Source: Octopus vulgaris (Eukaryota). Taken from it: 64,000 nucleotides of DNA. The stretch covers positions 4,092,001 to 4,156,000 of the forward strand of contig OX597826.1 of the NCBI GenBank assembly GCA_951406725.2. Direction: 5' to 3'. The translations under genes were made by a program, and so were the position numbers. Position 1 is the stretch's first letter. Each line of letters opens with the position of its first letter. The notes below the pieces were generated by a model. It saw nothing but the letters and a program-made list of their open reading frames with translations. It was not told where the DNA came from and ran no database searches. Of the stretch, positions 24,491-37,009 are shown one piece after another.

Positions 24491-25674
24491 ACTCTTATCA
24501 CCCTCTGTTTTTTAACTAGTTAGTTATACTAAACCATGTAAGTCGATCTTAAAAAGCTAAGAATAATTGATCACCCACTTGTTCAGTAATGAGTACCCTT
24601 GCGACTGGACGGATACTCAATGATGATGACTTTATTGATTGTAGAATAACCTATAGGTTCGCCAGCTTCAACCTGTCAACCGGAAAACAAGCAGAGCATC
24701 AGAGAGTCGAACGAAATGCATTCCTATATACATTCTGGTCCTTGCGTTCCGAGTTCAGTCCCTCCAGAGGTCGATTTGCTTCGAGAACAATTATAATAGT
24801 TGCGTTCTTAATATAAGGAAATCTGTTATTGCCATTAAAAGAAAAAATGTAAGAGACAATGTATGATAAATCGAACCGAGAGAATAGATCCGAAGATTTT
24901 TATACATGAACATTTTTTATGCACCAGATAATCTTAAATTTTCCCTACTATTGTCGCTATTCCTGTTACCGATGATTTTAATACCTAGGTAATTTGATAA
25001 GTTCAGATCATGAAGAAACATAAAAAAAACTTATCGACCGTATTTATTTCGTCTTTTGTGGTTCATTCATGGTGTATAAATCATTGTATTATATAAAACG
25101 TTTTCTGCCTACTTATAAGAATGCAGTGTGTGTTAGGAAAAGCATTTGGATAATATTTCAGTTAAAATTACAGCGACTATGTAGGACTTTCTTCAATGAC
25201 TAATTTTATATTGATAGTTCCAGAACATGCTGGATAATTCCATTCTGTGATTAAGCTTATTTATTAGAAAATGTTTTAACATAGAAAACTTTCCAGATCG
25301 ATAGTGCGCATGAAACACTTTGGAACATTCGGCTGCGGTAAAAGTGTTTCTGATTGTAAATGTCCGATTATTCCTGATTTGCCAACAGAAGTAAAATGGT
25401 CGGAATTTATAGAAATTATAGTGAGGAACAATCTAGGTATACTCTAAGTGGTCTCTCAACTTGCTGGAAATGGCAGCATGTCGTTGTAGTGGAAATAATG
25501 ACGGTGGTGTTAATGATAATGATGGTGCTGGAGATAATGATGGCGTTTGTGGAAAGGGGGATGATGATGATGGTAGTTGTGGTGATAGTAGATGTAGTGA
25601 TGACGATAATGGGAATGAAGATGACGAGGAAAATATTGAGGAGGAGGAGGATGGAAAGCAAGTAGTTTTATTAA

Positions 25675-26297
25675 GGCGGTGATCTGGTAGAAACGTTAGC
25701 GCGCCGGGCGAAATGTTTTGCGGTATTTCGTCTGAGTTCAAATTCCGCCGAGGTCGACTTTCTCTTTCATCCTTTCGGAGTCGATTAAATAAGTACCAGT
25801 TACGCACTGGGGGGTCGATATAATCGACTTAATCCGTTCGTCTGTCCTTGTTCGTCCACTCTGTATTTAGCCGCTTGTGGGTAGTAAAGAAATAGGTATT
25901 TCGTCTGCCGCTACGTTCTGCGTTCAAATTCCGCCGATCTCGACTTTGCCTTTCATCCTTTCGGGGTCGATAAACTAAGTACCAGTTACGCACTAGCGTC
26001 GGTGTAATCCCTTTGTCTGTCCTTGTTTGTTCCCTCTATATTTAGCCCCTTGTGGACAATAAAGAAATAAGTATCGTTAGCACGCCAGGCGAAATGCGTA
26101 GCCGTATTTCATCTGCCTTTACGTTCTGAGTTCAAATTCCGCCGAGGTCGACTTTGCCTTTCATCCTTTCGGGGTCGATAAATTAAGTACCAGATAAAAT
26201 TAAGTGCGCACTGGGGTCGATGTGATCGACTAAATCCCTTTGTCCCTCCTTGTTTGCCCTCTCTATGTTTAGCCCCTTGTGGGCAATAAAGAAATAA
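25675..26297 (+). mobile_element. Family-A SINE tandem trimer
   Basis: Three successive bodies each ending gt(a/g)..taaagaaata; units 2 and 3 are 5'-truncated. Confidence 0.9.
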
Positions 26298-26481
26298 AAT
26301 AAGTATTTTTATATTGATGAGAGTGACACTTTGTGTTTATGTATATGTCAATGTATATTTGAGCGCGCACATGTTTTATGCGTGTTTGTGCGTTAGTGGA
26401 TGTTTGTTTGTGAATTTCAATCCACCGCCTATTTCTTCTAACATTTACTCAGACAAGAATGACAGTCAACAGTTCAATATC

Positions 26482-26719
26482 TGTTTCTTTACTACCCACA
26501 AGGTGCTAAACATTGAGGCGACAAACAAGGACAGACAAACGGATTAAGTCGATTACATCGACCCCAGTGCGTAACTCCTACTTAATTTATCGACCCTGAA
26601 AGGATGAAAGGCAAAGTCGACCTCGGCGGAATTTGAACTCAAAACGTAACGGCAGACGAAATACGGCTACGCATTTCGCCCGACGACGTGCTAACGTTTC
26701 TGCCAGCACGCCGCCTTAC
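26482..26719 (-). mobile_element. Family-A SINE with 16-bp target-site duplication
   Basis: TSD tcaacagttcaatatc at 26466-26481 and 26720-26735. Confidence 0.93.
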
Positions 26720-27223
26720 TCAACAGTTCAATATCGATGAGACAAGTAAGTAAATCATATCACTGGCATTGTTAATTTAACTGTAAATATACACGGTTAC
26801 CAACCGTGTATGTAACTAAATGTTTTGGTCAGGGATACAGTATACAGCACAGCTCAAATGACAATCTATATATACTCCATGAATCAATCATTTCGACAGC
26901 TAATGTGATTCAGTCTTCATTCGGTTAACAGCACTTCAACGAAAATGTGATAGTGGTGATAAATAGGACAATAGATTTGGTAATTTCCAAAAGAAGCCAT
27001 TGTTTTTCTAAAATAAAGCATATCTCTCTGTGTGTGCGTGAGTGTGTGTGTCCCGTTTCGCTGGGCTTCTGTTTACCAAATTTCAAACACGACATTTACT
27101 ATTTAGACCTAAACTTTAGTAAAAGTTACTTGCTCAACCCCTAAAACACGTACTTATGCATTTTCTTAGCCAGTGAATGGCAAAAAACAAGATAGATTGT
27201 TGTCAGACCAGAAATGAATATAT

Positions 27224-27436
27224 TCTTTTATTCTTTCTACTCGTTTCAGTCATTTGACTGCGGCCATGCTGGAGCAACGTTTGTAGTCGAGCAAATCGAC
27301 CCCAGAACTTACTCTTTATAAACCTAGTACTTATTCTATCGGTTTCTTTTGCCGAACCGCTAAGTTACGGGGATGTAAACACACCAGCATCGGTTGTCAA
27401 GCGATGTTGGGGGTGGCGGACGAACACACACACAAA
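27224..27436 (-). mobile_element. Family-B SINE 3' half
   Basis: Reverse complement of 7520-7720 region. Confidence 0.85.
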
Positions 27437-27577
27437 CATTTTCCTTTGGTAGTTCGACGTTTTCAGTAGCCACCGCGGTAACTGCTGAAAATTTCTTAAC
27501 TTGCTCTTCCAGTGAATTTTTCTCTGAAATTATTTCGACCAACATATTCGTTCGAAATAAATTTATACACAATTTAA

Positions 27578-27990
27578 TCCCAGAAAACGGGAAACCTATA
27601 ATTTTTTACCTATTTTTTCCTTTCAACGAGGACAACAGTTCAAATCCCACCCCCATTGGTGCGGTGAGACGTAAAAACGAAGCCTACAACGGTTGAAATT
27701 AAATTTTTCACATAATAATAAAAATGCGGTATACCCAAAAAACGGGAAACCTATAATATGCTTTTTTTTCTTTTCCTCAAAACGAGGACAACAGTCCAAA
27801 TCTCACCCCCGCTGGGGGCGTGGTGCCACAATAAAGCCTACAACGGCTAAAATAAAATTTTTCACACAATAATAAATTGATCATCCCTAAACACGGGATA
27901 CCTATAATATATTTTTTCCTCTTAATGAGGATAAGAGTTCAAATCCCCCCCCCCCCCGACAATAAAGCCTACAACGGCTTTAATAAATTC
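27578..27990. repeat. Three diverged tandem units of about 150-155 bp
   Basis: cgggaaacctata...gaggacaacagttcaaatc...aagcctacaacgg recurs from about 27578, 27734, 27884. Confidence 0.85.
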
Positions 27991-28206
27991 AATATTTCAA
28001 CAATTCACAACTGTAAAATTGGCTTTTCACAAGCAATTACTTTCTCCTGTCACCGGGGAAAAGCACAAAATGTTTCAAAGTTTAACATTTCAACAATATT
28101 TAACAGTTCGAAAATCTTCAACAATAAACAGTCAATAATTCCAAGAGAAAATTTATCCAAGATTCAACAAAACGTTTGACTCACCGCCAAAAACAACACG
28201 TCTAAC

Positions 28207-28351
28207 CTATTTCTTTACTACCCACAAGGGGCTAAACACAAAGAGGACAAACAAGGACAGACAAAGGGATTAAGTCGATTACATCGACCCCAGTGCGTAA
28301 CTGGTACTTAATTTATCGACCTTGAAAGGATGAAAGGCAAACTCGACCTCA
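28207..28351 (-). mobile_element. Family-A SINE, 5'-truncated
   Basis: Aligns to 17922-18062. Confidence 0.88.
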
Positions 28352-29183
28352 CGAGACAGGTAAGTAAGGTACTTTATTTCATTTTATTTGCCATAAAGGC
28401 AAATAAAATAGTAGCTGAGGGCTGGACAAACACATTAATGAATGAAAATGAAATAAAAATGAATAAATGAGAGACGAAACCCAACACCCACCGTTTGAGT
28501 TTTTCACGAAAACATATTTTCTTTTCTTTTTCAAATCAATATGAGGTTTCAAACTTCTTACAAAAAGGAGGCACAAAAACCTCTTACTTAACATTTTTTT
28601 TTTTTAACCACACAATTTAGTTTATAAACCACTACAAATAATGCAATGAGGTTTGAATCACTCCAGCGAGACTTTCTCACCTCCTACTCATCGATATATC
28701 CATCAATATATCCATCATTATCTTCAATGCCGGTTGAGTTTCTGTACCATGCCATTTCCCATGCCTCATTCATATACAAGACATATGTCGTGTAAGGGCC
28801 ACCCGGCCATATGCGACATTTCTCTTGAAATCTTTTAAGCTATACCCACACGGAAAACCTTATGACCTCCAAAGCTATCTGCGGAGACCATTCGGGATCC
28901 CGTGTGAAGGCCATATCTACTGTCTCTTAATTCATCACGTTTAAGGGTGGGAGGCAGTTTTTTTTCCACCGTGGGTGGCACAACTTCGAGACATGCAGAC
29001 GGCACATCATCGATTAACTGACTGGCCCGTTCTTCTTTCTTTGTATTCTTTTCTTCCTGACTTCGGGAGAGTGGAGCTCTTCTGCTTTGTCCGGAGTCTC
29101 TCCCCCACCTCCCGAAGCCTTAGGGCTTACTGCACCGTCCCGCTTTACACTACATAGATTGCCTTAGGATGAGATGTAACTAA

Positions 29184-29402
29184 TAATGATTTAAAATTTT
29201 GTCACAAGGCCAGCAATTTCGTAAGAGGGAATAAGTTGATGACATGGTCCCGGGTGTTCAACTGGTACTTATTTTATTAACCCCGAAATGAAGAAAGGCC
29301 CAATTGGCTTCGGCGGAATTTGAACTCAGAATGTAAAAACGGACGAAATGCCGCTAAGCATTTTTCCAGTGCGGTAACGATTCTGCCAGCCCATTGCATT
29401 TA
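29184..29402 (-). mobile_element. Family-A SINE (alternative tail) with 12-bp TSD
   Basis: TSD agatgtaactaa at 29172-29183 and 29403-29414. Confidence 0.8.
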
Positions 29403-29834
29403 AGATGTAACTAACAATAACAACGCTGAAGTGAAAGTCAAACAGTGGGTGTGTTTATTGGCAAAGAAACAATCTTTTGGTACAACTATCATTGCGGATG
29501 GGCTACAAAATTAAAATCACAGAATAGAAGATTCCAATATATTGTAATACTGGTTATATACAGCGACATTGTATTTATGTACTTCTGTTTGTAATCATCG
29601 AGAGAACTCAATACATCTGCATATGGCCATAACAATAATTCGAGTATATGTGCATGAGTGCATGTATCTTTCTGTGTGTATATGTGTCTGTGTGTTTATT
29701 TCTATGCGTGTGCCTGTGTCTAGTGCATATTTGCTTATTTGTATGCTCGAGTTTGTGTGTGCTCTGTGAATCGGCAGATTTATTTAGGTCCCTTTACATA
29801 AATATTTTCCACTATAACAGTTTTGAACAGTTAT

Positions 29835-30139
29835 TTCGTCGCCCTTTTCAATCCTAACCAGGCTCATGGGCCCGGTTTCTCGCTTTCTGGGGCGTATGTG
29901 TCCCCCACCCGTCCCCAGCTGGACGGGACGCCAGTCCATCGTAGCGTTACTCAAGAAACAGGAAGAGAAAGTTGTGGGGAAAGAGTACAACAGGGGTCGC
30001 CACCACCTTCTGCCGGAGCCTCGTGGAGCTTTAGGTGTTTTCGCTCAATAAACACACACAACACTCGGTCTGGGAATCGAACCCGCGATCCTCCGACCTC
30101 GCGTCCGCTGCCCTAACCACTGGGTCATTGCGCCCCCAC
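29835..30139 (-). mobile_element. Family-D SINE, tail type 1, with 13-bp TSD
   Basis: TSD tttgaacagttat at 29822-29834 and 30140-30152; head shared with 22409 and 56852. Confidence 0.92.
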
Positions 30140-30759
30140 TTTGAACAGTTATATACATAAAATAAGTACTAAACTGATATAAATAGTTAAATGTATATCA
30201 TAGAATAAATCTGATGAACGATTGAATCTATTAAAAACTAAAAGTACATTTAGACATAACGATTTTTTAAATGTAATTTTACATTAATAAAATTATTTAC
30301 TGCCATATTCAAATTGAAGATAATGATATTTACTCAGAAAAACTGATAAAGTTAAAAAGTAAACTGCTAGTGAAAATACTTCTGTTTTATAAATATAATT
30401 GCAGAGTTTGCCATATTTTGATTTAAAAAATTCGACGTGTGACCTACGTTATTTGCAATCGCTGTTAACAACATTTCTCAGTGTGGAGTCGTGTGAGAAT
30501 AATAAAATTTCTCAGTAAATTGTATATCTTGTAACTATGAAATATAAATTTTAAAATAAAGAATTAAGTGTTGGTATATATATATATACAAATTGAGATA
30601 GGGGTTGTAAGTGCAACCCTCCATGGGATAACATATATCCAATATACTGCTAGTGAAGCACCCAACAAAGTTAATACATAAGTGTTAAGAACTGCGATGC
30701 AATAAATTCATTTACTGTATTATACGGGCAAAGGTAAAATGTTTTACCACAAATTAATA

Positions 30760-30847
30760 ATACAAAATAAGAAAATGGAGAAATACATCTAAATCAATGA
30801 TCAACTACCGATCATTGATTAAGATGTGTTTCTCCATTTTCTTATTT

Positions 30848-30852
<5 letters not shown>
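30760..30852. repeat. Fold-back with 43-bp arms and 7-nt spacer ending in (TA)n
   Basis: atacaaaataagaaaatggagaaatacatctaaatcaatgatc / gatcattgattaagatgtgtttctccattttcttattttgtat, 2 mismatches. Confidence 0.92.
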
Positions 30853-30887
<35 letters not shown>

Positions 30888-31669
30888 ATTCATTAATGCG
30901 TTTATATTTATGTACTTCTGTTTGTAATCGACATAGAGTAATTAATAATGATTTAAAATTTTGTCACAAGGCCAGCAGTTTCTTAAGAGGGAATAAGTTA
31001 ATGACATGGCCCCGGGTGTTCAACTGGTACTTATTTTATTAACCCCGAAATGATGAAATATTAAATTACAATTTAAAGGTTTGCAAAATATTATAATCAT
31101 GTATATTAATCATGTATTTTATAATTTTACACAAAGGTAAACGACCTCTATAACACTTAAATGTACCTGAAAGAATCAGCGGTTTTCTTGTTGTTATTTG
31201 AGATTACGGTTGTGTGAAATTGAGCGTTGAGTTGTTGAAACGTACTTTATAATGCAATTCATATAATTTTCAAGTTTTTAAGAAAACTAAATGACTCTTC
31301 AACATACAAGAAAATATTTCAATATTTCAAGATATTCTGACATTTAACACGAGGTTATTTTCTAGTGGTACGCTGTACACCTTGAATCATGTTTAATCTA
31401 GCAAAGATAATTTGAGGATTTTTACATTCAGCAAAATATTACAAATGCTGATATTTCAAAAGATGACCCAAAAATCGACCATTGAAGTATATAACTTCAT
31501 TGGTTAGTGGTCATTCTTGTTTAAACAATGTTTTATGTGATGGTGGGTGTTATAGATAGCGAGTTTTATTTTTATTATTTTAAGCAATTTTAGAAGCAGG
31601 CAACCTGCAGTCATATTTTCAGAATCATCATATAAAATGGCTAAAAATTCATAAAAACAACACCGTTGG

Positions 31670-31880
31670 TTTCAAGTTTTGGCTCAAGGCCAGCAATTAG
31701 GGGCAGAGTAAGTCGACTAGATCAACCCCAGGAATCAACTGGAACATGTTTTATCGACCCAGAAAGGATGAAAGGCAAAGCCGATCTCGGCGAAATTTGA
31801 ACCCAGAACATAAAGACGGACGGAATACCGCAATGCATTTTGTCCGTCTTTCGCGATAATAATTCTACCCGCTTGCTGAC
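31670..31880 (-). mobile_element. Decayed family-A SINE
   Basis: ttatcgacccagaaaggatgaaaggcaaag..ggcgaaatttgaa. Confidence 0.75.
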
Positions 31881-32192
31881 TTCCAATGGAATATATATTT
31901 AACATTACATATGATATTTCCTTTATTTATTGAAATAATCTGCATTTCTTTTTATGGTAGGATCATCACTTGGTGGAAATTAGAACCATATTCAACTGAG
32001 AAGAGAAGATAATAATAAAAACACATGAATTCTACCAAATTGGCAAATCACTTAGGAAAAGTCAGTCACTTTATTTGGAGGCAAAATACCAATTGATTCT
32101 GTTTTAGTTTGTTACCAATTCACAACTTCATATCGCTACCTTTGTACTATGTTATTCTAGACTTTTTACTTGATCACTGCATCACCACTATC

Positions 32193-32193
<1 letters not shown>

Positions 32194-32238
<45 letters not shown>

Positions 32239-32259
32239 ATCTCTCTCTATATATATATG

Positions 32260-32294
<35 letters not shown>

Positions 32295-32376
32295 ATGTAT
32301 ATATATGTATATATATATATATATGTATATATATATACACACATATATATATACATATGTATACATATATATATAC

Positions 32377-32416
<40 letters not shown>

Positions 32417-32442
32417 ATGTATATATATACATATATATATAT

Positions 32443-32474
<32 letters not shown>

Positions 32475-32698
32475 ATATATATACATATATATATATACAC
32501 ATATATATATATATATATGTATATATACATGTATATATGTACATACATATATATGTTATATATATATATATATATATATGTATATGTATACATATATGTA
32601 TATATACGTGTATATATATATATGTATATATACGTGTATATATATATATGTATATATATGTATATATATATGTGTGTGTGTGTGTGTATATATATGTG

Positions 32699-32733
<35 letters not shown>

Positions 32734-32912
32734 ATATATATATATGTGTGTGTGTATATATATATGTGTGTGTATATATATGTGTGTATATATATATATA
32801 TATGTGTGTATATATATATATGTGTATATATATATATATATGTCTGTGTATATATACATATGTATATATATGTGTATATATGTGTATATATATATATAGT
32901 ATATATAGTATA
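32194..32912. repeat. Compound (CTAT)n/(TA)n/(TG)n microsatellite
   Basis: About 700 bp low complexity; explains the 239-271 aa ORFs. Confidence 0.97.
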
Positions 32913-33004
32913 TAAGGTTAAAAATCACGTAAATGATTTTTATCAAGCAGTCGGTATACTACAAAAGTTTATAGGCAATTTATAGATTAAATTAATAATA
33001 ATGT

Positions 33005-33035
<31 letters not shown>

Positions 33036-33043
33036 CTTATATG

Positions 33044-33210
33044 AAGGGACCAAGGGCGAAAAGGACCTGTCTCCAACATGCTTGAAGTGAGGTCTTAATT
33101 TTTTCTCTCATTAACCAGCTTTCAGCCATGTGTATATTTATCTGGAAATTTTTTAAGGTATCGGCACTTGAAGCATGCTGGAGACAAATCGTTTTCGCCC
33201 TTGCTCCCTT
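33044..33210. mobile_element. 167-bp fold-back / MITE-like element in (TA)n
   Basis: 46-bp imperfect terminal inverted repeats aagggaccaagggcgaaaagg..catgcttgaagtg / cacttgaagcatg..ttttcgcccttgctccctt. Confidence 0.75.
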
Positions 33211-33376
33211 GACATATATATATATATAAAGAATATGAGGGGTTCACTGGTGATCTAAACGAATAGGTACGCCTTTTATGAGCTATAATAGGTCATCTGT
33301 TAGGTTCCATGTTCATAGGTGAGGCTGGAACTAGGGACCCGTATTAGGCTTCCGAGTTAGCTGGTATATATTATAT

Positions 33377-33480
33377 TAGAAAAAGGACAACAAAAACCAA
33401 GGCAGTGCGGGTACCGTAATTGAATATTCTAAATGACTTGAGATACTCGTCTTGTCTTGGCATTTGTTGTCTTTTTTCTA
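33377..33480. repeat. Imperfect fold-back, about 39-bp arms
   Basis: tagaaaaaggacaacaaaaaccaaggca / tgtcttggcatttgttgtcttttttcta. Confidence 0.7.
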
Positions 33481-34439
33481 AAACACTTTTTCTACATTAC
33501 ACCTGTACACCGTTATCTACTTCATTCCCTAGATCCTTAAATCTAACGTCCCTCCTCCCATCATTGTTTCCGAACGTTACTGCCCTACAATTATCATATC
33601 TCGCCGAACTCTTCTCACACTGAGTATTAGCCTTGCTATATATATTATTATGACACCAACCATCCCCCGTGCATTTTCCTCTACTTCTTTTCATCTGATT
33701 CAACCCGCTGAGGTCTTAAGACTCATCCTAATTCACTCTACAGCATTGCGGTGGAATATTATTCATTCAGTTATGCATGGGCCGTCACCATATATTCGAT
33801 CCCAGAACCCCAACTCTTCCACTTTTCGCCGAACTTGTTCTCACCATCAAATTCTAATATCAGTGAAGTCTTACTCTCACGTTACTGAAGTAGCTAAGGG
33901 GATCAAAATAGTTCTTGACAATGCCAACGTATTTGCAATTATAGTTATACCCACATGTTAAACTATCCCACTAACCCAACCAAGATCTATAGCAGAACAC
34001 TGCCCACAAATATTTCTGCTTCCATATATTTTCGTACTTATTGATCCCGGTATTACATTTTTGTATTTTCAATACATACCTTTACTCCATCTTCGGTTTC
34101 ACTTTATCCCACATATGTCATACAAAATCGGCTGTCCTCAATTCACAATTATTCTATCTTTGTCATATATTTACCCGTACAATCATAGCAAATATTGTCT
34201 TCTCCATTCCCAAAATACAGCATCTCACAATTTTTTCAAATAACTTACCCCTTCACTGAGATAAAGTCGTAACCTGGGCCATCATCCAATACACAGATCT
34301 GTTTATACCTCCTGCAACAGCCAGATTGGAGTGGTTATATGTTTTATTCCCGTTGTAATAAGCGTTGCTTCGTTCACATTTCTAACATCTTCAACCCGAT
34401 CCTAGGTTAAATTTTTATATCACCGACCGTATTACTTAT

Positions 34440-34859
34440 GGATCTTTTCGGTTTGAACGGCAGTTTTTTAAAATAATTTCCACGTAACTAAACACTTTTA
34501 AACTTCGTATACTCGTAGAATGGGTTTATAAAACATCTTTTTCTCTTGGCTTTATTGAGAAAATTCTATTGTTTGTAAGATATTTGTTGTTGGTTTTTCT
34601 TCAATTTCTGCAATTTCAACCAATCAATGACATCTATTGAGGTAAAAAAAGGCATTCTGTACCGTATGAATATGTCCCTCGTTTAAGAAACAGATTGGGT
34701 TTATTTACATTTGTGAAGAAAAAAGATACCCTTCCCCTCACACCTAACCCTAACCCTAAAACAGATTGAAATACAAAAGATCGATACTAGAGTCATAATT
34801 ATGGGTGACAATTTCATATGACACCGCTAGAAAAACTGCCGTCCAAACCGAAAAGATCC
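34440..34859. mobile_element. Non-autonomous TIR DNA transposon (MITE), 420 bp
   Basis: 29-bp TIRs ggatcttttcggtttgaacggcagttttt / aaaaactgccgtccaaaccgaaaagatcc (1 mismatch); flanks ttat / ttac. Confidence 0.88.
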
Positions 34860-35129
34860 TTACGTATTGCTCCAAAGAGATTATCTATTGCATAAAACCA
34901 CACAGAAAGAAAAAAAATTGTAAAAGGCTATCCGATCGGATTACAAAACATTTGTTGAACGTACAATGGAAGAGAAGAGAGGACACTTAAGCACTCATCC
35001 GCCACTTCAGTTCTTTAGGATATCAGGCTATTTGTCGAGAGAAACGACACTATTCAGTGCTTTTCTCGTGAACAGTGGATGTGATCTTTGTTGCTTTTTT
35101 TTTGTTGAACAGCAGGTTTCATTTCTCGT

Positions 35130-35690
<561 letters not shown>

Positions 35691-36944
35691 TACACACACT
35701 CATACAAGACTCACATATGTGTCTGAGTTTGTATGTCGATCCGTTGCTCGTGAGTGAGTTAAGTCCGCATGCGTAACAATGCAACTAATTAATTTTCGCG
35801 TTATGGAATTCTTAATAATTCCATACATGACTTTCTTTCCTCGCCATTATCTTTCTCTCTCGATACATACATACATACATACATACATACATACATACAT
35901 ACATACATACATCCGTTTCTCTTTATTGATTCTGTGAGTAATTGTTTATGGCGCTTCCTGCCGTTATTTTGTCCAGTTCGGTATTGGTCATACGGATTTG
36001 TTTATGTGTTCTTTAGAAATTGTCTGGCTTTAAGAATTTTTTAGCATTTATTTGTGTTTTGTCTATCGGCATCGTTGGTGACAATAAGTTTGGTATTGCG
36101 TAGTTCTTAAAAAAAATTCATACTTGAATATCTACAAACACATATACACACACATATATATATACATACACACCTACATACATACACACATACATACATA
36201 CATCGATATATACTGACATACATAAATACACACACAAATTCATACATACATGCATACATACATTTATGACGATATAAGAAAAAAATGAATACTAAAAAGA
36301 TTCTTGATGCCAGACAATTACTAAAGAACATATAAACAAATCCGAATGACCAATATATATACATATGTATATATATATATGCACATACACATATGTAAAT
36401 ATGTGTGTGTGTGTGTGTATGCATATACATAAGTGGTGATGGATATGGATGTACGTACGTTTGTCTGTAATCTTGTGGTGTGTTATATGATATTATGTCG
36501 AGCTGTCGTAAATTAATACTTTTGGCGCGACTTTCTGTCTCACCGGCTGCCTAACTGCGACCATCCTTGCTGTCTTCGCAGCGAAAAACTCTATGCGTTT
36601 GCATGCTTTACTGGGTGCAAAATTACCAAAAAATAAACACTTTCACATACATACATAAAGTTATATATGCATTGTATATGTATGTACGAATTACTAATCC
36701 TGTAGCGTTGTATCCCTGTAGCCGCTGCGCTCTGCACATGACTTTCTACCATATAATTGCTATGATTCGGATATTTGTTTCGTGAACGGTCATTAATAAG
36801 ATTATCACTTGACTTGATAAAGAAACAACCTAAAACAAATATAAAAAAAAGAACGAAAAGAACTACATATCTGTTCGACTCCTTCTTTCTGATATTAAAT
36901 ATTCTCTACATTTCTTCTCTCTCTATCAATATATCTCTCCTGCA

Positions 36945-37009
<65 letters not shown>

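Noticed and set aside
25396-25682. Asp/Gly-rich and Met/Val-rich ORFs
   Set aside because: Derived from degenerate (GAT/GGT)n low-complexity sequence
30212-30245. CTGATGA as a hammerhead core
   Set aside because: No GAAA, no stem I pairing and no cleavage triplet in register
32109-32985. Longest ORFs in the window (239-271 aa)
   Set aside because: Translations of (TA)n/(TG)n microsatellite, as are most IYIY/CVCV/HTHT ORFs in the track
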